Shown piece by piece: positions 51,751 to 64,000 of a DNA stretch of 64,000 nucleotides (its first letter is position 1; each line of letters starts with the position of its first letter). A program made the translations under genes and the position numbers. The notes beneath the pieces were generated by a model. It saw nothing but the letters and a program-made list of their open reading frames with translations, did no database searches and had not been told where the DNA came from. The stretch is from Rhizophagus irregularis (taxonomy: Eukaryota). The stretch lies in assembly GCF_026210795.1 (NCBI RefSeq), contig NC_089431.1, positions 434,001 to 498,000 on the forward strand, in the 5' to 3' direction.

Positions 51751-53002
51751 TAATAGTTTTAGTAGTTATGTATTATCATGTATTATTAGTATTATTTACA
51801 TGTATTATATGCATTATGTAATTGCAATATTAATGTAATAATCGCGTTCATTGATTAAAAAGCACCATTGCTATGCACGTTTTTAATATCGATATATGCA
51901 TTCTTATACATTGTATACACGTTTTTAACCTGCTATTGTTTTACTGTACGTTGATTTACATATTGTAATATGGGTTTTTAAACGTTTTTAAGTGGCATTG
52001 AGATACAAAGGGTTCATTTCCCTACATTTTTTGGTGTTGAGAAACACATGGCGGTTTTCAACACTTTATACGTCCATCAAAAACTTTCTGATGACTATTT
52101 AACTAACCTAATGTTATGTGGTGATTTTTTCATTATTTACCGAACCAAATTTAAAATTTCATAAATCTAAATGATCATTAAGACAATTTAGAGAATATAA
52201 CAAAGCAACATTTAAAACAACACTGGAATCTTCAATTCTAGTTAATATCATTTCAGAAATACGCCTTATTATGGAAACTAAGCAAAATAATAGTATTGCT
52301 AAATAATTATTAAGGTAATAGTTCGTGTTCTTTGTCATATAAAATAACAAAAATATACATTAGAAAATTTAAACCATTATTAAACATTTTTTTAATTTCT
52401 TTTTTATTAATTTTAATGTTTTCAAATGAATTCATGATATATTTTAGTTTTATTGTGTTTAGCGTGTAATCAAAAATACGTTCACCTGATATGCTTCGCT
52501 CCGAAAGGAATGAAATTAAAAATAATAAATATAATAATCTTTGTATAAGAAAATTATGAAGTTTATAAATCAAATCATATTATCCATCATTAAACTAATT
52601 ATAAAAAAAGAATAATAATATTTATATACTGTATTATACTTTACATATCAAATGAGCGAAGGATAAGTAATATAAAATAGCACCAATTTATTATTTTTTG
52701 ATGACTCAATTTCCGATTAACCAATAACATGTGATATATTGTCCTAATTATAATATAGGATAAAATATAAAAGTATTAGTCGAAATTGACCTTCTATATT
52801 TGAATGCAGTATTATAACTTAATCAATCAAATAATAATAATTATACAGCAAGTATACTAGTTAAAAATTTTATTATTATATAATCTTATGCTTGAGTTTC
52901 CTTTCTTGCAATCTTGTTAACAAATGTTCAAGTAAAATATATAGTTAAATTAAAAAAGCAACGCCAAATAAAATTAACTTTTGTTAACCTGTTGGTTATA
53001 AT

Positions 53003-54868
53003 TCAATCAATATAACCTTGATAAATTTCATCGAGTTCTAAAAAAAAAAATAAACAAATCAGGTATAAGGACTACGAATACACTTAAATATATAAATATA
53101 TTGTACAAATAATATCTACCCAATTCACTCAATTGGACATCCAAGCATTCAGAGACTATAAATTAAATAAATTAAATAGCAGTATTAATTATTAATATGA
53201 ATATTATAGCCATTCTAACGGGAATACTTACTTGGATTTGCCGAGGTTGATTGAATATTGTGGTAAACGTCTATTAAAAAATTAAGCAAACAATAATTAA
53301 TATTGTAAAATAATTTATTAATAAAAAAGTTAAATAGCAGTTCAATTACCTTGAGGATTTGATGAATTTACTTGATCTGGAAGATTGTTGAAATCTAAAA
53401 GTCTGCTTGTATAAATTGCTTGAGGATGTGTTTGTATATTTTTGGATTTATCTTTATTTGATCTGTTCTTGAACTTGCTTTTACTAATTTTATCACATTC
53501 TTTTATTTGAGAATACAATTCAGTATTCTTGTCTTTTACTTCATCTTTCCATTTATTTAAAACCTGATATAATTCCTTAGTAGATGGTCTATTTTTTACT
53601 TCAGCGTTCCAACATTTCATAATCAAATCTGCAAATAATTTTGGTATATCCTTGGAAATTTTTGGTCTAAGTCCTTCACATATTTTAACAGCTAAAAATT
53701 CATTATGAGGAATATCATTAAAAGGAATTTCTTCAGAAAGGAATTCATTCATCAATATTCCAAATGAGTAAATATCTGCTGCTTTTGTATATTGATATCC
53801 ACGTATAACTTCTGGTGCCATGTATGGTAATACTCCATAAATTCCCTCTTCTTTAGTTGATTGCTTATTATTCGCTGATTGACACATTCCTAAATCACTT
53901 ATAAATGGAGTATTATAAAAAAATAATATATTGCCTGAATGAAAATCTTTGTGAACTTTTCCAGCATTATGAATATCAAGAAGTCCTCTTGAAATAAAAA
54001 ATAGCTTATAAATTTTTGTTCTATAATCTATATATTCTTCAGAATTATTTAAAAAATTTCTTAAATTATCATTTTTACAATAAAATAAAACCATCATATA
54101 CTCTTTAGTATTTGGATTTTGAGTTATTCCATAACATCTAACAACGTTAAACATATAAATCTGAAGATGAGATTTAATCTAAATGTCAAAGAGGAGAAAT
54201 TTTTGTTAAACAAATAAATCAAAGTAATAATTTTTAAATTTAAGGTGAAATGAATTTAAATTACCTCATTTAAAAAATCTGAACTGATATCAGAAGAATC
54301 ATTTAAACTTTTTAATGCATATTTACTGTATTGTTGATGTCTATACCATTTTTGATTTTCAATATCCCAATATTTAATATATCCTTCAGGTCGCTCGGCT
54401 GAATAAATTTTTCCATAACCACCTTCTGCAATATAAGTAATATTTTGAAATTTTTCAAAAGGTATCCATTCAAGACATTTTGTATGATATACGGCATTAA
54501 TTTGTGATTGTTGTATAAATTCATCAATATCTTTATTTCCACTAGTCCAATTTTTAAAGTTATCCTTAAACCTTTTAGCATTACAAGGTTGACACCATCT
54601 ATTTCCTGTACCTGGCTCATTACATTCTCCACATACTCCATATACTTGCTTTCTTTTTTCTAAATCTTCCATATAAACTACTCTTTCGTCTACATCTTCT
54701 GAATCAATAGTAGAAACTGTAACATGGGCCTTTAATAATTAAAAAAATTATTATTTAAACTGTAAAACATTTAATATTATTATAATTATTTATTATAATG
54801 TGGATTTTTATTACCTGATATTTATAATAGTCAATATTCTTCCATAAATTCTTTGGCTTATCCTCCAT
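53003..54868 (-). CDS. Tyrosine-kinase-like (TKL) protein kinase with N-terminal CxxC...CxxC zinc-ribbon motif
   Basis: Exons 54868-54815, 54729-54265, 54178-53350, plus three short 3' exons ending at TGA 53003. AEGGYGKIY, ALKSL, HKDFHSGNIL, SDLG, YMAPE, DIYSFG. Confidence 0.9.
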
Positions 54869-57865
54869 TATACAGATTATAATTTTTCTTAGGTTATAAT
54901 CTAGAGTAAATAAAGTAAACAGAGAAGAGATCTAGTTAACCGAAATAATATTCACTAATTAGAATTAAATTTCAGAATTATTAAAACGTAAAAAAAAAAT
55001 TATTAATAATGAAGGGCGCAAATTGTACTACGTTGTAAAAGCTGATCATTTATCTCCGTTTTCGAGTTAATGCTTCGGATAAAACTAAGTTTCGCCAAGA
55101 TGATCTACAAATGCATTCCCAAATTAGTGTTTTTTGAGATTTCGATTATTGGCCGAATTTTGAAAAATAATTTCACCCGAATACTAGTGCAATATAAAAG
55201 TTTGTACTAGTAAAAACTGATAGAATTTTTTTTTTATATTTTTATTTTGTATTAACTTTATATAATTTTTAGATATTATTTTTGATTTTGAAATTTCTAA
55301 TTGATATTCTTATTTATTTTTTATTTATTATTGTTATTTTTTTTTTATAAATTCGTGAAATCATGCGATATATTTCTTTTTAATGAAATCGTAATTTAAT
55401 TTAGTACAAAAAAATAAATATTTTTATAATAAATGGTAAAAAAGTTGTTTGTTATTTTTTTGTTCCTTTTACAGATTTTCTTTATCCATAATATTTGCAT
55501 ATAATATCTTAAATACTTGGAAGAAATTTATGAAACTCCTAGAATCTCTTTATAAAATGATCACTAGATTTGGCGTATCGCTTATGCAAATTGTTACTAA
55601 TTACTGAAAATAACTTGACTTTTTACATCCCATATTCCCATTAGCTGTTTGTGTATTAATTTTTGGTAATAAATTCAAAAACATGTTTGATGCAGTGAAA
55701 GATTTAACATAATATGATATAACCTAAATTATTAGTGTGATATCAGTTTAATTTGAGTTTAATTTGTATAACAGATAGCCATCAAATTATGGATTACCTA
55801 GCTTTACTTAAATAGCTTATAATTGCGTATTTAATACTAATACTGTATTTAATTTCATAAAATAAAATTATCAATATAATTATTTAATAAGAAAAAGCAG
55901 ATAGTTTATCAAAGATAATGATTTACGATTCTTAAATTGATCTCATTCCTATTATAAATTAAAAACTGCGCGTAGTCGTACAAACAATCTTTACATAAGT
56001 ATTCATATCAGATGAATAATTTACTTTCGTTATCGAATTAAAAAATGTATATTGTATTGTAGTATTGTTATATTATCCTCTTATATTTAATTAATGTTAA
56101 TATATACTAATAATCAATATAAAAATACAATATATATAATGTATAAATATGGACAAAAAAGTTTCATCAGTAAGTTGTTTTACGAATATTACATAATTTC
56201 ATAATGATGCAAGAAGAAAGGTATCTCACTATTTACTCAAAACTCACATGTGAAAAAATTTATGAGACATTTTATATTGCTAATATTTACATCTGAATTG
56301 ATCAATTATAAATCGGAAATTGAAATCAATAAATGTGAAGAGAGAAAAGTCAATCGAATTAAAAAATAAGTTAAAAGATTTAAAATATTGAACATTTACA
56401 GTAAATTATTTAGTACAAGTCACATGGGAAACTGCAGTATTGCTAAATAACTTGCAATATTTCACCAATACCTTTTTTGACTATTTTGAACAACTGAAGC
56501 TAAAAATTTTAATGATGATATTGTTACCGATTACTGACGGTAATTAAGGGACGTATGGTAGATAACTTGTATAAACACACGGATACCAACAGGATTCTTA
56601 CTCAATACTACCTATTTTGGTATTTCCGGTATTGTTCATTAAGAATCGTCAAGGTAAACAACTATAAAATACGATTAGTAATAATACGCGATGGATATAA
56701 GACAAATCTTATGTGAATATACAAAAACAACGTGTGAAATTAACCAAAGTATAACGATTTTATTAATAGATGTAGAATTTCGGTTTTACAACAAAGCGAA
56801 TAAAGGTGATAGGGAAAAATTCTCAAGAACTACTACCAAGGTCACTCCCTATCATGGAGTTGGTAGAGGCATATTTATATCTTATTGCCATCTCTTTTTC
56901 TAACGATTAAGGGCGGAATCTAATCTATTGTTAATGTTTCATCACAATAACTTTTATTGTAAGCCACTTTTAATAGAACACGAATAATAGTTTTTGGACA
57001 ATTAATACTATTGAATTAATTTCTACACAATAACTACTAATAAAATTGTATACATATTTACAATACAAATAAAGAAAGTAAATAAATATAATTAATAATA
57101 AATTAAATAAATTGAATAAATATAAAAACGATATACTGTATAAGTAAATTTATCATATAAAATCAATATCTTTAATATAGTTAACTGATATACACAAATC
57201 AGCAACTATGTATCAGCGTAAATCGACTCGTAACACCGGAAATCGACATGTACACAAACGTACTGAATTCTCATCGGATCATCATATAATATCGGAAATC
57301 ACGTGTGCAAGAAATTGCGTAACAATATATTTAACAACAATTATTTAAAATATTTTTTATTATATAAAAGTAATTTATCTTCAAAAAGAGAATGCCAGTT
57401 TGGATTACAGATTATAGAAATACAAACGATAAAAGTATTAATCAAAATATTTATGAGCGATTTTCTTTACAAACTAAAAACATATGAAGATATTGAAATA
57501 TGATCAAATAATAAAAGGTTACAAGAACGCAGATATAGCACGTAAGCATTATAATTGTTTTTTATATTATTATCATTACGATTATTATCAGGAAAAAAAA
57601 ATAGAAATAATTTAGTATACAATAAATTTAAGTTAAAAATGAAGGAAGGATATCAATATATTTAACGTAAAAATAATTTTCTATAATAATCATAATTATA
57701 TGATTAATTCTTTATTTTTATTATTTTTTTATTTTATTTTATTTATTTATTTATATATTTTTTATTTTTTATTATTATCATTCTTGTAATTCAGAATTCT
57801 ATTAATACTATTTCTTAATTGATGCAATGATATAAATTTATTGCTGCATTAATATAAGTAATTTT

Positions 57866-57931
57866 ATGGGGGTTTAGGAATATCAGGGTTTTTTTCCCGA
57901 AGGGAAAAAACCCATGGTATTCCACCCACAT
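57866..57931. other. Long imperfect DNA hairpin with a C-GAA-G loop
   Basis: ggaatatc-a-gggtttttttccc-gaa-gggaaaaaaccc-at-ggtattcc. Confidence 0.7.
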
Positions 57932-57942
57932 GAAATTACTAA

Positions 57943-59858
57943 GTTATACCCAGGAGCGTGTGACTTATGATCACTGTATTATCACGTGTATGATTATAAA
58001 CTTTTTTACTTTTTTTATACTTTTTATACTTTTACTATCACACGTACAAATTATTTTATTTTCATCCCTTAAATATTTTTCTACGTTCTTTAAACAAAAT
58101 AATTTTCTTTTACATACAATTAAAGACTGAAAGGATAAAGATGGTAATTAAAAAGCATATTTCTATTTTCTTTTTTTTTTGAAATAAATAGATAAACTAA
58201 TAAAAAAATTGATATTTCAAGGAAACCTTATCAACTAGCTCAAATAATTCTACTAAAACGAACAAGTTAACAACATATGAACGATTTGTTATTCCTACAA
58301 ATAAAGATTTACAAGCTATTCAAGCTTATTCTCACATTGCTAATACAGATGATAGTACTAAAACTTGGATGAATCTTTTTAATTCCTATAGAGAAGCAGC
58401 CAATTTTACTAATCCTCTTGAACTATTGGATGATACTACATTACAAGAACAGCTTTGTCAATTTTTTTGTGGTGTTAGAAAATCAGGAAAAAAAGAATAT
58501 GCACTTCTTCATTACATGTAGGCTTTGCTGCAATTGCTAGAGGATTGTCAGATATTTTTTATCCAAATAGAATTATTAATATTCATGGTAAACACAAATG
58601 GAAACGATTACATGAAATTTTTGATGGTCGAATTAAACAAATTCAAGACAATCAAGATACATCCCGTAAGAAAACTGATGCACTTGAAATATGTGAGATT
58701 AAAACTATCCTTGATTCACCAAATATACAAACTGATACACCAAAGGGTCTTACATACCATGTTTGATTTTGGTTAACACTTCTTTGCAATCTGCGTAATG
58801 GTGATCCAAAAAGACTAAAAAATTCCTGAATTGTTCTCAATGAAGATCACAGTATTAAAGTAAATATACCTCGTGAGAAAAATAATGTAGGAGGTGCCAA
58901 AAATCCTTACAATTCTGGTCAGCATAATTATATTCCTCCAGATCTACCAAATAATTATTCACCAGTGGCAGATATTCTATTATATCAATCTAAAAGACCA
59001 AAAAACTGCAAAACTTCAGAGTTTTTTTTAAGAATAAATACACCACGAGAAATATATCATGGTAATTGGTTTTCTGATTTAAAACTTGGCAAAAATTCTC
59101 ATGATAATATGCTTAAAAATATTGTGGCAGATTGTAAAACTGATGCAAATGGACGTAATCTTGTCAATCATTCAATGCGTTCAACTGGAATTTCTTTATG
59201 GATGTTACTTGGTATATCTCATGCAGAACAGATGGATATTACAGGACATAGAACACTTGCTGGGATTTCTGCATATTCAACTTCAACTGCTCAACAAAGA
59301 AAAAAAAATGTTTCACTTCTTATTCCCCAAAAAAGAAATGCGGATGATCTTAATGAAGAATGTTTAACTAAAAATTTTTCTAACAAAAAACAAAATCCTT
59401 TAAGAGAAAATACATCAGGAAATCAAGGTACCATAATTTTCCATATTTATTTTTTTACTTTTAATCTGAAAAATTACATATTCTTTTTAGGTTTTATTCC
59501 TGCTTCTCAATTATTACGATATGATCAACTTGAAATACAATCTTTAGAACAAGACCATAAAATAACTCAAGATTCATCAAAATTACCAGTAATTAATATT
59601 GAAAATATTAATATTCAAAATTGTAATAATGTAAAAGTAGAAGTTATTGTTAAACCATTTGAATAGTTAAATAAATAGTGTAGTAATGTAATTTTATATA
59701 TTTGTAATAATGAAAAAATAATTTGAGGAGTATAAAAAAGTTTATTGCTATGAAAAAAACTGTATAAAAATTTCATGGGAAAAAAAAGCTTATACTTTTA
59801 ATTAGGGAAATTACAATGTTCTATATCATAAGTCACACTTAGTGCGACGGGGTATAAC
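57943..59858 (+). mobile_element. Crypton-like tyrosine recombinase transposon (1916 bp) with inverted termini
   Basis: Left GTTATACCCAGGAGC-GTGTGACTTATGAT; right (revcomp) GTTATACCCCGTCGCACTAA-GTGTGACTTATGAT; encloses a single YR gene. Confidence 0.8.
58141..59666 (+). pseudogene. Tyrosine recombinase (Crypton/DUF3504-type), inactivated
   Basis: ATG-only exon 58141-58143, intron 58144-58221, likely second intron about 59428-59490. Catalytic motifs LR(N)GD, EKNN.GG, NHSMR, TGHR, AY. 1-nt deletion at about 58505; TGA at 58764 and 58827. Confidence 0.85.
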
Positions 59859-61553
59859 ATGAATAATTAATAAAGATTATAAAATTATATATATATATAC
59901 TCTAATCTTTTCACAATGAAAATGTATTATAAAAATCATTGTTTAAATGAAGACTGAATTTTTAAAATTTATTTTTAAAAGAGGATGATAATTTCTTAAC
60001 ATTAATTACATTTTTTAATATTTTATCAAAATCTAATTCAATCTAGATGAATCTATATCGATATCAATATTAACTTTTTTGTCATCATTTATGATAGAAT
60101 ATTAGATACAAATCGAAAGATTGAATTTACCATCGTTGCTTTTTATTGTTTTTTGTTGATTTATAACATTCAAAAAAAAAGAATTTATATCGCTCAATAC
60201 ATATGAAATATGAAAGAAGAAATTTAAAATAATATCGAAGGACATCTCATATTCACTTATTATGCATAATTTAGTTATGTTTGGACTTTATTTTTTCTAG
60301 ATATCTTTTCTAAAGCCTTTCCTTTTTAATATATTATAATTGCATGAAATAATATGTAGAATGTAGATTGTACAATATACATTTTTTTGATTTGATTAAG
60401 TTACAAATGTTTTGACCTCTAAAATAAATTATATAAAAAGATAAAAATAAATTCTTTTATAAATTGTTAAAATAAATGTATTGAATGATGAAATGGCAAT
60501 TGATTTTTATATATTATTTGATGATTAAAATAAATAATAGTCTAATAGCGGCACGTAGTGCCGCATTAGATTGTCGGTTTGACGGGACCGTTCATGCAAT
60601 TTTTATAATAAACTCCCGTTACTATCCAATAATTTTATTATTATGCTAATACATAGTAATATGAGATAACGACCTAAATAACAATTATGTGAAATCTATG
60701 AGGATAACTGATAATTTGCATTATTACATATTTGACCAAACCGGATTTTAAATATTAAAACTTGGTATAAATTGAAATAAAAAAGAAAAGCAAAATATAA
60801 TTTTCTTACTTCCCAGCATGATATAGAATAAATATAAAATTATAAATACTATAAAATATGAATAAATGTTTACCTTAAGAATGTATGTTTTTTTCCTTTG
60901 ATATTTAACTAAACATGTTAGTTATTTAGTTGCTGTTAAGAACTAGGTGTTAATATTATATTGTAATACTTAATAAGACATAAAAATTAGAACTTTTTGG
61001 ATATGATCCATAATAATATATTCAAATCACCTTTTTATAGGGACCACAAAAGTGTCTATTTATTTAAGAAATATAAAATATAAGTATTTATTAATTTTAT
61101 AAAAATGCATGATATTATAATTTAGCCAATAATTATACAGTATTTGATGTATTTCCGGCAGAAAACTAGAAATTTAAAGTTATATAGAAATCTAGAAAAT
61201 TTGATCCATAATCATTACTTCACTATTAATCTCTTTGTTTACAATATAAAATAATTTATCAAACTCATTTAGAAAAGAGATCACAAAAGTAATAATCTAA
61301 ATTGTATCAGAAAGGCTAGCATTATACAACTAGGTGTTCAGTTGCTATTATAATTTATGAGAAATATTGATTATGGTATTAATTTAAGAAAATCATATTA
61401 GTAAATTTTCAAAGTATGAATTTAAATATTAAATTTTCTAAACAAATAAAAATATAAATAAACATTGTAAAAACTGAAAAGTACAGCATAATAATGCTTT
61501 CTATGCGATCATTGATAAATAATCCAACAAAAGAAAAATAAATAATAGAATTA

Positions 61554-64000
61554 TTAATCTTCAATCATACAATCAAAACCCTGAGACTCTTCTTGAGCTG
61601 AAATTTCAGTAAGTTTGCGGCTTGTATAATATGCTTGTGGATGATATTGTGTGGTTACTGTGGTAGAAGTGTTTGCTTTTTCTTGTACTAAAACTTCATT
61701 TGCTTCTACAAATTCTTTCATATCATTTCTTTGATGATTATCAATATTAGGTAAAAAATATCCATAATCTACATCCCTGTTAAATTCATAATATTTATTA
61801 ATACATCTAATCCATTCAGATATAATATTTTCAAGCATTATTATGGTTGGTCTATTGGAAGGACTTAAATCCCAACATTTTTTTATTAAATCTATATAAC
61901 ATTTTGGAGTATTTTTCACAATTTCAGGACGTTTCCCTTCATAAACACTCAAGATAAAGTGATGATCATGTGCTTCATGGTTAAATGGAGGAATGCCTGA
62001 TGTAAATTCCCACATTATCATTGAAAAGCTATAAATATCACTTGCTGGAATATAGGGTTTTTTTCTTAATATTTCAGGAGCCATGTAGGGTAAAACTCCA
62101 TAAATTTCATTAACTTTATTATCAGAATCTTGTAAATCACTTATAGGTTTGCATAATCCTAAATCAATAATAAATATCTCTTTGTAATTATCTGACATTA
62201 AAATATTGCCATCATGAAAATCACCATGAGTTAAATTTGATTCATGAATTACTTTAAGTCCTAATATAATTTTTTTCAACAATTGTAACTTATCTTGCCA
62301 TTTGAATTTAATTATATCAGATAAACATTTTCTCAAACTTCCTTTTTTTGCATAACTCATTACTATTATATAATTTAAATTACTTGGATCTTGAGTAATA
62401 CCAAAGAACTGAATAAATTTTGAAAATGATTTTTTCTGACAACTATAATAATATTTCCACTACATAAATGATAAAAAAATTATTAAATTTTTGCAAAAGT
62501 AAATAAAATTTGCCATAAAATACAAATACTATACCTCATCCAGAAACTTATTATTTAAACTTGATGAATTATTAAGTGTTTTAAGAACAACCTCATAACA
62601 TATTTGTCTATTCCATTGTTGTTTATCAAAATTCCAACCATAAATAGGTCCATCTGTCCAGTTAGCTTTATGGATTTCACTAAATCCTCCTTTATCATAA
62701 TAATTAATACTTGACAATTTATTATAAGGTATCCACTCTAATATTTCATAACTATTTTTAGCATTTAGTTGTGTTTCTTGAATAAATTTATCAATAAATT
62801 CATTTTTACTAGTCCACTTTAAAAAATCTTGTTGAAATCGTTTAGTATTACATTGTTGGCACCACTGGTAATCAGTATATGTCTGCCTGCATTCATTACA
62901 TAATTCAACTTCATTCTTAGGATTCACTTTGTCACTTTCTACTCCTTTTTGATACCAATAAAAAGCCTTTTCTAAATTTTCTTCTGTTCCTTCTGCGTTT
63001 TTATAACATTTGGCTAAATTAAACATTGCTTCTTTAACATTATTTTCCGCTGCTTTTTGATACCAATGAAAGGCTTTTTCTAAATTCTCTTCTGTTCCTT
63101 CTCCATTTTCATAACATTTGGCTAAACTATTCATTGCTTTTTCATAATCATTTTCTGCTGCTTTTTGATACCAATAAAAGGCTTTTTCTAAATTCTTTTC
63201 TGTTCCTTCTCCATTTTTATAACATATGGCTAAATCAAACATTGCATCAGTATAACCATTTTCTGCTGCTTTTTGATACCAATGAAAGGCTTTTTCTAAA
63301 TTCTTTTCTGTTCCTTCTCCATTTCTATAACTATTGGCTAAATTAAACATTGCATTATGATCTTTTTCTGCTGCTTTTTGATACCAATAAAAGGCTTTTT
63401 CTAAATTCTTTTCTGTTCCTTCTTCATTTTCATAATATATGGCTAAATTATACATTGCAATAAAATGATCTTTTTCTGCTGCTTTTTGATACCAATGAAA
63501 GGCTTTTTTTAAATTCTTTTCTGTTCCTTCTCCAATTTCATAATGTGCAGCTAAAGTATTCATTGCATCAGTATGACCATTTTCTGCTGCTTTTTGATAC
63601 CAATGAAAGGCTTTTTTTAAATTCTTTTCTGTTCCTTCTCCTTTATAATAGTGATAGGCTAAACTATTCATTGCATTGGTATAACCATTTTCTGCTGCTT
63701 TTTGATACCAATGAAAGGCTTTTTCTAAATTCTCTTCTGTTCCTTCTCCCTTTTTATAACATATAGCTAAACTATTCATTGCTTCTTTAACACCATTTTC
63801 TGCTGCTTTTTGATACCAATAAAAGGCTTTTTCTAAATTCTTTTCTGTTCCTTCTTCATTTTCATAATATATGGCTAAATTATACATTGCAATAAAATGA
63901 TCTTTTTCTGCTGCTTTTTGATACCAATAAAAGGCTTTTTTTAAATTCTTTTCTGTTCCTTCTCCAATTTCATAATGTGCAGCTAAAGTATTCATTGCAT
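61554..64000 (-). CDS. Sel1-like repeat protein fused to a C-terminal TKL kinase (5' end beyond the window)
   Basis: At least 10 Sel1 repeats (AMxxLAxxYxxGEGTEKNLEKAFxWYQKAAE), then CxxC..CxxC and kinase (DKGGFSEIH, VVLK, HGDFHDGNIL, DLG, YMAPE). Intron 62534-62460. Confidence 0.92.
62940..64000 (-). repeat. 108-bp tandem coding repeat (Sel1 units)
   Basis: Highly similar 108-bp units; the block at about 63800-64000 nearly duplicates 63368-63568 (432-bp offset). Confidence 0.95.

Noticed and set aside
52159..52573. Overlapping short minus-strand ORFs
   Set aside because: Possibly a pseudogene fragment, but no motif supports a call.
63134..63766. Plus-strand ORFs of 70 and 73 aa
   Set aside because: Antisense shadows of the Sel1 repeats. 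Similar shadows at 9861, 12783, 19668, 20784, 42733 and 58652 were also ignored.

Overview
Very AT-rich eukaryotic DNA with short GT-AG introns. The gene families (tyrosine-kinase-like kinases, Sel1-kinase, BTB-BACK-TLDc, Crinkler-like/REase) point to an arbuscular mycorrhizal fungus (Glomeromycotina, Rhizophagus-like); this is an inference from gene content. Apparently intact host genes: a 7-exon multi-pass membrane protein, a BTB-TLDc gene next to a pseudogenised tandem copy, a TKL kinase, and a Sel1-repeat kinase running off the right edge. The rest is largely mobile DNA, mostly with resolvable ends: a putative Helitron2-like element (Rep-helicase N-terminus plus OB-fold-like gene), a solo LTR, three 5'-truncated LINE insertions with TSDs, canonical Helitrons, a complete CCC-ended CACTA/En-Spm element with a related MITE, hAT and MULE MITEs, a Tc1 relic and a Crypton-like tyrosine-recombinase element with inverted ends. 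Most unusual signals: (1) two apparently non-coding arrays of micro-exons separated by mutually homologous introns carrying conserved hairpins (25.6-27.3 kb minus; 50.3-51.75 kb plus); (2) a ~490-nt GC-richer, apparently structured island at 8.03-8.52 kb with pseudoknot potential, a candidate ncRNA with some telomerase-RNA-like traits. All alignments and folds were done by eye.
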